A stretch of DNA of 64,000 bases from an uncultured Candidatus Saccharibacteria bacterium (GTDB lineage Bacteria; Patescibacteriota; Doudnabacteria; UBA920), in assembly GCA_964642585.1 (NCBI GenBank), contig CAZXPB010000001.1:3733-67732 (forward strand), given 5' to 3'. The notes beneath the pieces were generated by a model. The model had not been told where the DNA came from, made no database searches, and worked only from the letters and a program-made list of their open reading frames with translations. The translations under genes were made by a program, and so were the position numbers. This document shows, piece after piece, positions 50,847 to 59,475 of this stretch (position 1 is the first letter of the stretch; the number at the start of each line of letters is the position of its first letter).

Positions 50847-51491
50847 TTAACGAAGTGGTTCTAGAGTAATGATTTGCATTTTCTCTGGATCCAAATCTTT
50901 TTTCTTGATAATTAATTTTTCCATTGATTCAGACTTGCCACCCATTTCTTTAATGAAGCCATCTGCTTTTTCGTAAGGAAGCTTGAGGCCGTCAATAGCG
51001 TAGTGGGATGGTATCACAATTTTAGCTTCAATCTCATGTGCAACTTTGCTTGCGTCCTTTGCAGTCATTACACTGTTGCCACCAACTGGCAAGATTAGAA
51101 TATCAATTTCACCAAGGTCGTCTAGATCGTCTTCTTTCATGTTGAACTCACGAATGTGGGTGAGGTCTAAAATACGGATATCTTCTGCTTCAATTAAGAT
51201 TGCTGAGACATAGCGGCCTTTGCCATCTTTGCCATCGTCTTGTTTCAAAGGGATTCCGGTAACAGTTACGCCTTTCAGGTCGTAGTCGCCTGGATCGCTC
51301 ATTAAGAATGGCTCCCCTGAGAAGCCAGAAGTGGCGGTGTAAAGCTTGTTGTTTTTCTCGGAAAGAATGATGATATCTGCTGCTCCGCGAGGCGGAGTGA
51401 GGCCGGATTCTTTGTCAAAAGGGTCAGTAATTACAGTAGCGTCTTTAGTGACAATCTTGAAGCTAGATAGGCCGAAATAGTGGATTTGCAT
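50847..51491 (-). CDS. metallo-beta-lactamase-fold metal-dependent hydrolase (UPF0173-like)
   Basis: MQIHYFGLSSFKIVTKDATVITDPFD N-terminus typical of this family. Confidence 0.7.
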   Translation of the reverse strand: MQIHYFGLSSFKIVTKDATVITDPFDKESGLTPPRGAADIIILSEKNNKLYTATSGFSGEPFLMSDPGDYDLKGVTVTGIPLKQDDGKDGKGRYVSAILIEAEDIRILDLTHIREFNMKEDDLDDLGEIDILILPVGGNSVMTAKDASKVAHEIEAKIVIPSHYAIDGLKLPYEKADGFIKEMGGKSESMEKLIIKKKDLDPEKMQIITLEPLR

Positions 51492-51578
51492 AGGTAAATT
51501 ATAGCAGTTTTAGGGGTGGTAAACAACTGAATTTTAGACTATAATTTTATTGGTTATGATAGATTTTATGGGGGAATT

Positions 51579-51872
51579 ATGCAAGAAAATATTAATTTAG
51601 ACTACAGTCACAAGCTTGTAAAGCTTATAGTTGAGATGTTATTAGAATCTTCTCCTTGTGTCGTTTGTGGCAATTTGGTGGGGTGCTTTTCGCTTTATTG
51701 CAGCCATTGTGGGACCAAAAACTCTAACTTTGACCATTCCCAAATAGGAGAAAACAGTGCTAATTTGGAAATTGATTGCAATGACAATCATGTAGAAACA
51801 ATAGAAATAGGTTTAGTAGACCAAAATACTCCCTATTGCTCAGTTTGTGGTTTAAAGATAATTCAGGGTTAA
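51579..51872 (+). CDS. Cys-rich double zinc-ribbon protein, hypothetical
   Basis: CVVCG...CSHCG...C...CSVCG spacing. Confidence 0.5.
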   Translation: MQENINLDYSHKLVKLIVEMLLESSPCVVCGNLVGCFSLYCSHCGTKNSNFDHSQIGENSANLEIDCNDNHVETIEIGLVDQNTPYCSVCGLKIIQG

Positions 51873-51891
51873 GGTAGAGGACTTTGGGTGA

Positions 51892-51920
51892 TTGACAAAT
51901 CGCCCTATTTTTTTTATAAT
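51892..51920 (+). promoter_or_regulatory. perfect consensus promoter TTGACA-17-TATAAT driving a ~170-nt structured leader of rpsA
   Basis: Read directly; leader contains ggcgcacgcgcc and ggagtctcgtcgctcc hairpins. Confidence 0.6.
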
Positions 51921-52099
51921 TCCCTTACTTACTGGCGCACGCGCCCCTCGGAGTCTCGTCGCTCCAAAGACTAAATTTTAACCCCCAGTAGGTCCAAGTA
52001 ACGGGCGTGTTTAATAATTAATATATAAATACTGTTTTTAGATTTTTATACAATGTCTAGGCATTGTTTTTGTTTTATATATTAGGAAAGATTAATTAA

Positions 52100-53347
52100 A
52101 TGGCAGAAGAAAATGTAGTAGCTGATGCTACAGAAGAGCAAGAAGTTGTTAGTCAAAAAGTGACTGGCGATTCAAATGCCCAAAGCATGACTGATTTGCT
52201 TGAAAGCGGCGCAGAGATTCGCGTGCTTAAAACTGGTGACATGGTTGAAGGAACTATCATTTCTGTAACAAAGAATGAAGTTTACATTGACCTTGCTGGT
52301 TATGGTGTTGGTGTAGTTCGCGGTCGCGAGCTGTACGATGACCAAGCTACTCTAAACTCGCTTAAAGCTGGTGACACAATCACCGCTTCAGTTGTTGAAA
52401 GTGAAAACCGTGAAGGTAATGTTGAACTTTCCCTTCGTGTTGCAGGTCAAGAACGTGTATGGAGCAAACTCCGCGAATACATGGAAAGCAAAGATATTGT
52501 TTCAACCAAAATTTTGGCTGCAAACAAAGGTGGTCTTATGATCGAGTTGAACAATGTGACTGGTTTCCTTCCAGTATCTCAACTTTCACTTGAACACTAC
52601 CCTCGTGTTGAAGATGGAGATAAGAACAAAATTCTTTCTATCTTGAACAGCTACGTTGGTACAAACTTCAATGTTCAAGTTATCACTGCAGATATGAACG
52701 AAGAAAAACTTATCGTTTCTGAAAAAGCTGTACATGAAGAAGAAATGGTAAGCAAAATGTCTGAACTTAAGATCGGCGATGTTATTACTGGTAACATTAC
52801 TGGTGTAGTAGACTTTGGTGTATTCGTGAAGTTTGGTGAACTAGAAGGTTTGGTTCACATCTCTGAACTTGCATGGCAACGCATTGAAAATCCAAAAGAC
52901 CTATTCAAAGTTGGTGATACCGTAAAAGCAAAAATCATCGCTATTGAAAAAGGCCGTGTTTCTTTGTCTATCAAGCAATTACAAAATGATCCTTGGGTAG
53001 AAGCAGTAAAGAAATTCCAAATTGGTCAAATTGTAAAAGGTACAGTTTCAAAAATTATGCCCTTCGGTGTATTTGTTGAACTAGATAAAGATATTCAAGG
53101 ACTAGCTCATTTGGTTGAACTTTCTCACGAAACTGTGAAGCAAGCCGAAGATGTAGTAAAAATTGGTAGCGAATATGAGTTCAAAGTGATCTCAATTGAG
53201 CCAGCTGAACATCGTCTAGGTTTGTCTATCAAGCAAATGACTGAAGCTCCTAAGAAAGCTGAAGCTTCCCTTGCAGCTGAAAAAGTTGATGCTCCTGCTG
53301 AAGAAGCAAAGACTGAAGAAGCTCCTTCTACAGAAGAACAAGCTTAA
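52100..53347 (+). CDS. rpsA: 30S ribosomal protein S1 (four S1 domains)
   Basis: 415 aa, repeated S1 OB-fold motifs. Confidence 0.92.
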   Translation: MAEENVVADATEEQEVVSQKVTGDSNAQSMTDLLESGAEIRVLKTGDMVEGTIISVTKNEVYIDLAGYGVGVVRGRELYDDQATLNSLKAGDTITASVVESENREGNVELSLRVAGQERVWSKLREYMESKDIVSTKILAANKGGLMIELNNVTGFLPVSQLSLEHYPRVEDGDKNKILSILNSYVGTNFNVQVITADMNEEKLIVSEKAVHEEEMVSKMSELKIGDVITGNITGVVDFGVFVKFGELEGLVHISELAWQRIENPKDLFKVGDTVKAKIIAIEKGRVSLSIKQLQNDPWVEAVKKFQIGQIVKGTVSKIMPFGVFVELDKDIQGLAHLVELSHETVKQAEDVVKIGSEYEFKVISIEPAEHRLGLSIKQMTEAPKKAEASLAAEKVDAPAEEAKTEEAPSTEEQA

Positions 53348-53368
53348 TAGTTTTTCAGCGCACTTATT

Positions 53369-53396
53369 AAAAAACACCTCGCGGGAGGTGTTTTTT
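53369..53396 (+). terminator. rho-independent terminator after rpsA
   Basis: aaaaacacctc-gcgg-gaggtgtttttt. Confidence 0.8.
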
Positions 53397-53456
53397 ATAT
53401 TAATTGCGGCTGAACCACCTATTCATAGGAAATTCCGGAAATATCCACATTCTTGC

Positions 53457-53485
53457 TTGACAGCTTCACTTTAGTTTGCTAAAGT
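53457..53485 (+). promoter_or_regulatory. promoter TTGACA-17-TAAAGT; predicted TSS coincides with ATG at 53492 (leaderless)
   Basis: Read directly. Confidence 0.5.
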
Positions 53486-53491
53486 ATGTGT

Positions 53492-53806
53492 ATGAATTGG
53501 AATGAATCTAAAAAAACTAAATTAATATCAGCTTTTCTTGCTCTAGAGAACCCAAAAGAGTGTCAGGCTTTTTTACGTGATTTAATGACTGAAAAAGAAA
53601 TTGAAGAATTTTCAAACAGGTTAAAGGCTGCTGAAATGCTTGCTGAAAAAGTTTCATATGTTGAAATAGTGAAAGCTACAGGCTTGAGCTCAACAACAGT
53701 TGCGCGTGTTGCCAAATGGCTAAACGGAAAAGAACAAGGGTATAAATCAGTGCTTTCTAAATTACATCACACTAACTCTATTCAAAAACGGAAAGGGTTG
53801 TCTTGA
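53492..53806 (+). CDS. TrpR-like YerC/YecD-family DNA-binding protein
   Basis: …VSYVEIVKATGLSSTTVARVAKWLNG… HTH region. The ORF track starts 2 codons earlier (53486). Confidence 0.7.
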   Translation: MNWNESKKTKLISAFLALENPKECQAFLRDLMTEKEIEEFSNRLKAAEMLAEKVSYVEIVKATGLSSTTVARVAKWLNGKEQGYKSVLSKLHHTNSIQKRKGLS

Positions 53807-53833
53807 TGTAGTTAAATTTACATAAGGCCAGTC

Positions 53834-53858
53834 CTCCCCGTTTTTGACGGGGTTTTTT
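53834..53858 (+). terminator. rho-independent terminator
   Basis: ccccg-tttttga-cgggg-tttttt. Confidence 0.8.
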
Positions 53859-53882
53859 AGTTTTGAATTTTACGGAGGTCAA

Positions 53883-54488
53883 ATGACAAAAACAATCACC
53901 AATCAACAACCCAATCCTGACGATTTAATTAAAATCGCCATTGTTTATAAAAAGTCTTTCGGTGGGGAGCCTTGGAACGAAGGTTTTAAGTGTCCTCGGT
54001 GTGAAGAAGTTTACCCTCTTAATTTTGAAGATAAGTTTTGCAGCTCTTGCAGACTTAATTCAAAAAAAGTTTTATTGGTTGAGTTTTGGCCAATTGAAAC
54101 AATCATCTCTGACTTTAAATCTCAGATGGAAAAATCGGGGGCGGTTTACGTTACTACTGGCGATGCTGATAATATATATGGTTTCGCTTGGGGTTATGAT
54201 ATTTCTTCTAATCCAGAAATTGATTCGTATCTTGACGCCCCTGGGTTGAGTAGTCTAGTAGATGGTCTTTACTTTTATCTTGATGAATGTGCGGTTTCGC
54301 CTGATCGTCAGGGCGAAGGGTTAGGCAAAGAGTTGGTTAAACAAATTTTTGCCAAACAACTTCGTGATCAAGTATTGCTGCGTACGAAAGATAACTCTCG
54401 AATGTGCAATTTAATTAAAAGCATGGGAGGAGAAACAATCCTTAGTATTTCTGATGATCGTGTGATTATGAAGCTAAAAGTTCGTTAG
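53883..54488 (+). CDS. GNAT-like acetyltransferase with N-terminal Cys4 zinc-ribbon insertion (tentative)
   Basis: GGAGG RBS 5 nt before ATG at 53883; CPRCEEV...CSSC; ...SPDRQGEGLGKELV resembles GNAT motif A. Confidence 0.5.
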   Translation: MTKTITNQQPNPDDLIKIAIVYKKSFGGEPWNEGFKCPRCEEVYPLNFEDKFCSSCRLNSKKVLLVEFWPIETIISDFKSQMEKSGAVYVTTGDADNIYGFAWGYDISSNPEIDSYLDAPGLSSLVDGLYFYLDECAVSPDRQGEGLGKELVKQIFAKQLRDQVLLRTKDNSRMCNLIKSMGGETILSISDDRVIMKLKVR

Positions 54489-54504
54489 AACGATTTAGCA
54501 TAAC

Positions 54505-54540
54505 AAATGACCCGTGTAATTGATACACGGGTCATCTTTT
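54505..54540. terminator. bidirectional terminator
   Basis: tgacccgtgt-aattgat-acacgggtca + T-run. Confidence 0.75.
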
Positions 54541-55354
54541 ATATTGCAACTCCAAGTAGAAAAGCTTCCTCACCAATCTTATCCCTGTTTCTTGCAAATA
54601 AAATTATACTATCTTTTTGAGCAATAATTTGCTCTCCACCGTCTACCCCTATAAGCATACCTTTTGAGATTATTTCAAAGTCTCCAAATTGTTTGCTTAG
54701 TTTGAAATTATCCGTTTTAGTTTTGTATAATTCATACATCTGGAACTTATCTTGTTCTATTCCAACTATGTTATTAGGAATATTACCAGCTGCTTTCAGA
54801 AAACTCATAATTGTATTTTCTGCAAAACTAGAATATTGTTTATCATCAAGGAATCCACACTCAACACATATCCCAATTTTGCCTACACTATTCATATAAT
54901 AATCGGTACCACCAGGTTCCACTTCATCAAATCCATAGACAACCTTCTTAACAGGTAGGAACTTGGTGATGCCGTCTGAGTTTGGCTCGCAAATTGCAAA
55001 AGGTACGCTTTGTGGGGTAAAGCTGTTGTGAAGATCTAAAAGTATATCCGCTCTATCTAATAATGATTTTAAGATTCCTGCTCGGTTAAATTCATAACTA
55101 GTTTTCTCTTTGCTAGTCAATTCTTGGACAGGTCTAAATAAACGGTTTAGGTTTGAGTCAATAAATCGTTTGTTTGTTTTAATAGCTGCGGGGTTTCCAT
55201 AAACAAAGATTACCTTTCCGCTATTCACCGTAAGGATTGGGATAATTTTAGCAAATGCATTAATTCCACTTCTTTCGTTTCCATGAACTCCAGTTAAGAT
55301 AATGCTTGTCGGACCGCTATTTTTACCAACTATTTCAAATATATTTTCATACAT
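54539..55354 (-). CDS. succinylglutamate desuccinylase/aspartoacylase-family zinc hydrolase
   Basis: …LTGVHGNERSG… zinc-binding motif. Confidence 0.7.
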   Translation of the reverse strand: MYENIFEIVGKNSGPTSIILTGVHGNERSGINAFAKIIPILTVNSGKVIFVYGNPAAIKTNKRFIDSNLNRLFRPVQELTSKEKTSYEFNRAGILKSLLDRADILLDLHNSFTPQSVPFAICEPNSDGITKFLPVKKVVYGFDEVEPGGTDYYMNSVGKIGICVECGFLDDKQYSSFAENTIMSFLKAAGNIPNNIVGIEQDKFQMYELYKTKTDNFKLSKQFGDFEIISKGMLIGVDGGEQIIAQKDSIILFARNRDKIGEEAFLLGVAI

Positions 55355-55392
55355 ATTATCACTTTAGCAAACTAAAGTGATAATGTCAAGCA

Positions 55393-56619
55393 TTAGAATT
55401 TGGTTTCTTCCAAAGTTGCAGTGACAGTTTTTTCTACTCCCTTGCTCAAAAGTTTAAGACTAATGCTATCCCCGACTTTTTTCCCAGCAACTACACTCTG
55501 TAGAGATGTTTTGTCATCAAGTTTTTTACCATCAATTTCTAAAATAATATCATTTGCTTGCAAGCCTGCTTTGTCTGCCGGTGAGCCAGGAATTACGGCA
55601 AGGTCTGCATCAGTTTCTCCGTTCACAACAAGCACTCCATAATCAACAGACAGATTATTTTTTTGCTTCACATCGGCAGTGATTGGGATATAGCGAACAC
55701 CTAAATATGGACGAACAATTTTCCCAGTTTTCTTTACTGAGTCAACAACATTTTTTACGCTGTTTGAGCTGAGCGCGAATCCAATACTATTAGCATCGGC
55801 TACTGCAACATTTACACCAATTACTTCACCAGACAAATTCAGTAGTGGACCACCTGAGTTTCCAGGATTAATTCCCGCATCTGTTTGTATGAGTTGATCT
55901 AAATTTTCTCTGCCACCCATGCTGTCTGAGGCAGTAATTGAGCGCGCAAGTCCAGACACTACTCCAACAGAAACGGTGTTGCGAAATTCTGCAAGCGCGT
56001 TCCCAATTGCAATGGCGGTCTGGCCTACTTCAACTTTGTCGGAGTCTCCAAATTTTAGGCTTGGAAAACCTGAGCCATCAATTTTAATTACGGCTAAGTC
56101 TAAAGATGGATCGCGCGCCACCACTGTCGCGTCATACTTTTTACCATCGTTTGTAAATACTGCGTACTGCGCAGTTGTATCTGCTACTACATGTTTGTTC
56201 GTAACAATGTAACCATCCTCAGATACTAAAAATCCTGATCCCCCGCCAACCTCTTTTAGCTCAGTGCCGTTTTGTCTTAGTTGGGGAATTTGAAATCCTC
56301 CAAAAAATCCAGGGACGTTTTGGATGTATCTTTCATATGTTGGGACGTTTTTAGAAATTGTAATTGCAACGACAGCAGGATTAGCTCCTTTCACTGCATC
56401 TACAACAGCATTTTCAGACTGGCTTAAATTACGCAGTTCATTATTTTGCTTTGAACTATTCCCTAGTTGATCTTTGTAGACATTGGTAAAAATCGCCAGA
56501 CTGGCAACCGTGGTTATTACCGCTGTCACAATACTAGTGATAATTATTTGTTTTGTTTCCTTACTAAAATTGATAATTTTTTCAGGGTTATTTTGAGTGC
56601 TGTTTATATTATTTTCCAT
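55393..56619 (-). CDS. htrA: HtrA/DegP-family serine protease with PDZ domain
   Basis: TNKHVV (His), D, GNSGGPL (Ser) triad; C-terminal PDZ; N-terminal TM. Confidence 0.92.
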   Translation of the reverse strand: MENNINSTQNNPEKIINFSKETKQIIITSIVTAVITTVASLAIFTNVYKDQLGNSSKQNNELRNLSQSENAVVDAVKGANPAVVAITISKNVPTYERYIQNVPGFFGGFQIPQLRQNGTELKEVGGGSGFLVSEDGYIVTNKHVVADTTAQYAVFTNDGKKYDATVVARDPSLDLAVIKIDGSGFPSLKFGDSDKVEVGQTAIAIGNALAEFRNTVSVGVVSGLARSITASDSMGGRENLDQLIQTDAGINPGNSGGPLLNLSGEVIGVNVAVADANSIGFALSSNSVKNVVDSVKKTGKIVRPYLGVRYIPITADVKQKNNLSVDYGVLVVNGETDADLAVIPGSPADKAGLQANDIILEIDGKKLDDKTSLQSVVAGKKVGDSISLKLLSKGVEKTVTATLEETKF

Positions 56620-56715
56620 ATATTTTCAATTAATTCCTAGTAATAGTGTACTAATATTGCAGAAATTTTTTCAAGTGGAAAAATCTTTTTTGTTTATATA
56701 TAAGCAGGACAAATT

Positions 56716-56744
56716 AAAAACACAGTTATATAACTGTGTTTTTA
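56716..56744 (-). terminator. terminator after tRNA-Leu
   Basis: aaaaacacagttata|taactgtgttttt perfect palindrome. Confidence 0.75.
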
Positions 56745-56745
56745 A

Positions 56746-56832
56746 TGGTGCCTAGGGAGGGACTTGAACCCTCAATCCCTTGCGGGCCCAGGATTTTAAG
56801 TCCTGTGCGTATACCAATTCCGCCACCCAGGC
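56746..56832 (-). tRNA. tRNA-Leu (UAA), type II with long variable arm, CCA encoded
   Basis: GCCTGGGTGGCGGAATTGGTA...CAGGA-CTTAAAA-TCCTG...GGGTTCAAGTCCCTCCCTAGGCACCA. Confidence 0.9.
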
Positions 56833-56843
56833 AAAGCACTCGT

Positions 56844-56918
56844 TGGAGGTGCAGATGGGAATCGAACCCATGCATAGTGGTTTTGCAGACCACGGCGTTT
56901 CCACTTCGCCACTGCACC
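56844..56918 (-). tRNA. tRNA-Cys (GCA), CCA encoded
   Basis: GGTGCAG acceptor, 3-bp D-stem, anticodon loop CTGCAAA, discriminator U. Confidence 0.9.
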
Positions 56919-56988
56919 ATGTTTGAGCCACCGCGGTGTGAAATACTCACTCATTTTAGCTGAAATACTTAGTTTGTTCAAGGTACAC

Positions 56989-57016
56989 AAAACCCCTACC
57001 TTCCGGCAGGGGTTTT
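56989..57016. terminator. bidirectional terminator
   Basis: aaaacccctacc-ttcc-ggcaggggtttt. Confidence 0.7.
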
Positions 57017-57030
57017 GATTGAGTTTAGAG

Positions 57031-57720
57031 TTATTTGACTAAGGTAAGTTCAGCTGTTGCTGTTACTACATTAGGGATTTGAACTGGGTGGCTTAAGAAA
57101 GCTACTCGTTCATTTTTGGCTTGTTCAGTAATCGCAAGTAAATCATTACTTACGCTGTTACAACCATTTACCCATCGTGCACTACCAGGTACAACATAAA
57201 CACCTTTCATCGCGTTACAGTTTGTAAAGCGTTCTTTGTAGATAGGTTTTTCTAGAATACGGTTCATATCTACGAACCAATCTAGTTTAGTAGCGTAGCG
57301 TCTCCATGAAGGATGGCTAGGGGCTACACCAATACCACTACAGTTGTTATCGGCACAACGCTTACCAAAGTTACTTTCTACGTAACTAATAGCAAGGGCG
57401 CGTTGCCATTGAGGTTGTTTTACAATTTCTTCCGCATATTCTGCAAGCGGAGATCCTTTCGATTCAAGATAGGCTTTAACTTTTGGAGCAAGAAAAACAT
57501 TGATGTTTGTCGTTGCTTCAAAACGGACTACTTCATCGTAGGTCAGTAACTTTTGTGTTGATTTTGAGTCGATCTCAAAAACTAGAGCTTTGTTCCTGTG
57601 ATTCTGAGCAACATAAGCTGCTGCCACGGATTCAGGATAAATCATGAATACGAGGGGTAAGAAAGCAAGTACTACTACCGCTTTCTCAATGACAGAATTT
57701 AGGACTAAAGGAGCTTTCAT
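57031..57720 (-). CDS. hypothetical secreted protein (Cys-containing; ISYVESNFGKR motif hints at glycoside-hydrolase/transglycosylase-like fold, tentative)
   Basis: Signal peptide MKAPLVLNSVIEKAVVVLAFLPLVFMIYPESVAAA; 229 aa. Confidence 0.6.
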   Translation of the reverse strand: MKAPLVLNSVIEKAVVVLAFLPLVFMIYPESVAAAYVAQNHRNKALVFEIDSKSTQKLLTYDEVVRFEATTNINVFLAPKVKAYLESKGSPLAEYAEEIVKQPQWQRALAISYVESNFGKRCADNNCSGIGVAPSHPSWRRYATKLDWFVDMNRILEKPIYKERFTNCNAMKGVYVVPGSARWVNGCNSVSNDLLAITEQAKNERVAFLSHPVQIPNVVTATAELTLVK

Positions 57721-58081
57721 TTTTTAAATATCAACTCCTTATATCTATGGTAATAATCGCGAGGGGTTCAATCTTGGGTGCTATTCCCTGACTTTTACGA
57801 CCTAGATTTAATATTCTTAAGCTTTGACCTTGTTGGGGTTACTGCGATTAACAGCTTTTTTAGTCTAGTTTTGCCTATATTTGGGCTAAAAGCTCGCATA
57901 TAGGCTATAAAAAAGACTGCTCAAAGCAGTACCTTACAAATACATTATAGCAGTTTTGGGGGGTAAATACAAGCCATTTTAGGTCGTTTTAGGCTTAAAT
58001 AAGCCAAATAACGTTTTTTTAGGCTTGGGAATGGGCTGAATTGGCATACAACTCCGCTTATTTAAAAGGGGTTTGGTTTTT

Positions 58082-58112
58082 GATGGTGTTCCAAAGTACA
58101 GGATGTTAGGAT
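58082..58112 (-). repeat. 31-nt conserved element (copy A) immediately 3' of the Nudix-1 stop codon
   Basis: Minus-strand reading TCCTAACATCCTGTACTTTGGAACACCATCA followed by AAAAAC; matches copy B at 58551-58584. Confidence 0.6.
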
Positions 58113-58507
58113 TTATCATTTGCAAAGTTTTTAACCCATTCGCCACGTAATTTTAAATTATTAAGTTTTTCAACAGGAAACCACTTGGCATCAAGAAGGT
58201 CATCTCCAGGAATTAAATTCCCTGAAGTGATCTTGGCTTTAAAAATAGTTAAGGTTACTTGCTTGTTGTGGAATTCACTCAAGCATTTTAATTCCTTGCC
58301 TGTCATTGTTAGAGTATATTTTTTACCCAGACTTACGATGTAGCCAGTTTCTTCTTTTGTTTCTCTACTAGCTCCTTCTGCTAATGTTTCATTCTTTTCT
58401 AATGAGCCTATTGGTAATGACCATAACCCGTTCGCGGCAGTGTGCGATTCCTGAACTAATAATACCTGACTATTTTTGTTAACTAATGTTCCTGCAAATT
58501 GCATCAT
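58106..58507 (-). CDS. Nudix hydrolase
   Basis: Nudix box GSLEKNETLAEGASRETKEETGY; leaderless start with extended -10. Confidence 0.85.
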   Translation of the reverse strand: MMQFAGTLVNKNSQVLLVQESHTAANGLWSLPIGSLEKNETLAEGASRETKEETGYIVSLGKKYTLTMTGKELKCLSEFHNKQVTLTIFKAKITSGNLIPGDDLLDAKWFPVEKLNNLKLRGEWVKNFANDKS

Positions 58508-58549
58508 AAACCTAGTATAACAAAAAACTCCCCTTTAGGGAGAGCTTTT
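58508..58549 (-). promoter_or_regulatory. terminator hairpin (ctccc-taaa-gggag + T6) immediately followed by extended -10 promoter TGtTATACT, 6 nt from the Nudix-1 ATG
   Basis: Minus-strand reading ...aaaaagctctccctaaaggggagttttttgttatactaggtttATG. Confidence 0.6.
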
Positions 58550-58550
58550 T

Positions 58551-58584
58551 GATGGAGCTCCATAGTACAGGACGTTAGAACGTC
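58551..58584 (-). repeat. 31-nt conserved element (copy B) immediately 3' of the small Zn-ribbon protein stop codon
   Basis: Minus-strand reading (GACG)TCTAACGTCCTGTACTATGGAGCTCCATCA + AAAAAG; ~80% identical to copy A. Confidence 0.6.
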
Positions 58585-58886
58585 TATTTCACAATATCAG
58601 CAGATACAATTTTCTTAGTAATAGCTCCTACGAATACTCTGTAAGCTGGTCTACTTTCTTTCTTATAGATAATCTTACTACCTAGCACTTCTTTGCACTT
58701 AGTGCAGATTAAGTCATTACTCTTAGGCGCAGTTGGGTAAATACGGTCTAAATATAAACGTTTGATTATTCCTGGGCCATCTTTCTGATAATAGAATAAA
58801 TGATGTCCCGCTCTTTCACATTTAATATCCAACAACCTAGATGTTCCACCTCTATTCTTTCTGTATTTGTCCTGTTTAAGTTTCAT
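58584..58886 (-). CDS. small basic zinc-ribbon protein (C-x3-HH...C-x2-C), hypothetical
   Basis: 100 aa, 11-nt overlap with upstream Nudix-2 gene; K/R rich. Confidence 0.55.
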   Translation of the reverse strand: MKLKQDKYRKNRGGTSRLLDIKCERAGHHLFYYQKDGPGIIKRLYLDRIYPTAPKSNDLICTKCKEVLGSKIIYKKESRPAYRVFVGAITKKIVSADIVK

Positions 58887-59418
58887 TAACCAATTTAGTT
58901 AATAGTTCTTTGATCTCTTTAAATCCTGTTGGTCTGCTTGACCATTGATCGGGCTTTTCTTCTATGGAGTTTAAGACATCATCCAAAGACATCCATTTTA
59001 CTCCTTGCACTTCTCCGTCATTAAAGATTAAGTCATTCGTGTCGCCTGTAAAGTTGTAGAAGTATACATTAGTAAATTCTCTATTTGGTAACTTATCTCT
59101 TTTGTGAATAGGTCCCACGGTGACTTGTTCGGTAGAGATATCAAGACCTGTTTCTTCTTTCAGTTCATTTTTCAGGGCTTCTTCAAGGGTTTCTCCAGCC
59201 TTTACATGACCACCAAACCTAGTATCCCACTTATCAGGATTTAAGTCCTTGGTTTTGGAACGATGATGTACTAACAATTCAATAACTTCGTTATTAAGTC
59301 GGTAGAAGTAAATATGTACAGTTCGATGCCATAATCCTTGGGTATGAGCTTCAGAACGTAGTCTTTTCTCACCGGTTAAATTGCCCGATTCATCTAGTAT
59401 GTCAAAATATTCTTCCAT
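58876..59418 (-). CDS. Nudix hydrolase (second copy)
   Basis: Nudix box GGHVKAGETLEEALKNELKEETGL; extended -10 TGtTATACT 6 nt before ATG. Confidence 0.85.
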   Translation of the reverse strand: MEEYFDILDESGNLTGEKRLRSEAHTQGLWHRTVHIYFYRLNNEVIELLVHHRSKTKDLNPDKWDTRFGGHVKAGETLEEALKNELKEETGLDISTEQVTVGPIHKRDKLPNREFTNVYFYNFTGDTNDLIFNDGEVQGVKWMSLDDVLNSIEEKPDQWSSRPTGFKEIKELLTKLVNET

Positions 59419-59475
59419 AAAACTAGTATAACAAAAAAACTTTCTTTAAGGTTTAATCAGCTTTCCCATTAATGA

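Noticed and set aside
56726-56990. Three ORFs overlapping the tRNA-Leu/tRNA-Cys locus
   Set aside because: The region folds into two canonical tRNAs with encoded CCA. The ORFs are artefacts of GC-rich tRNA sequence.
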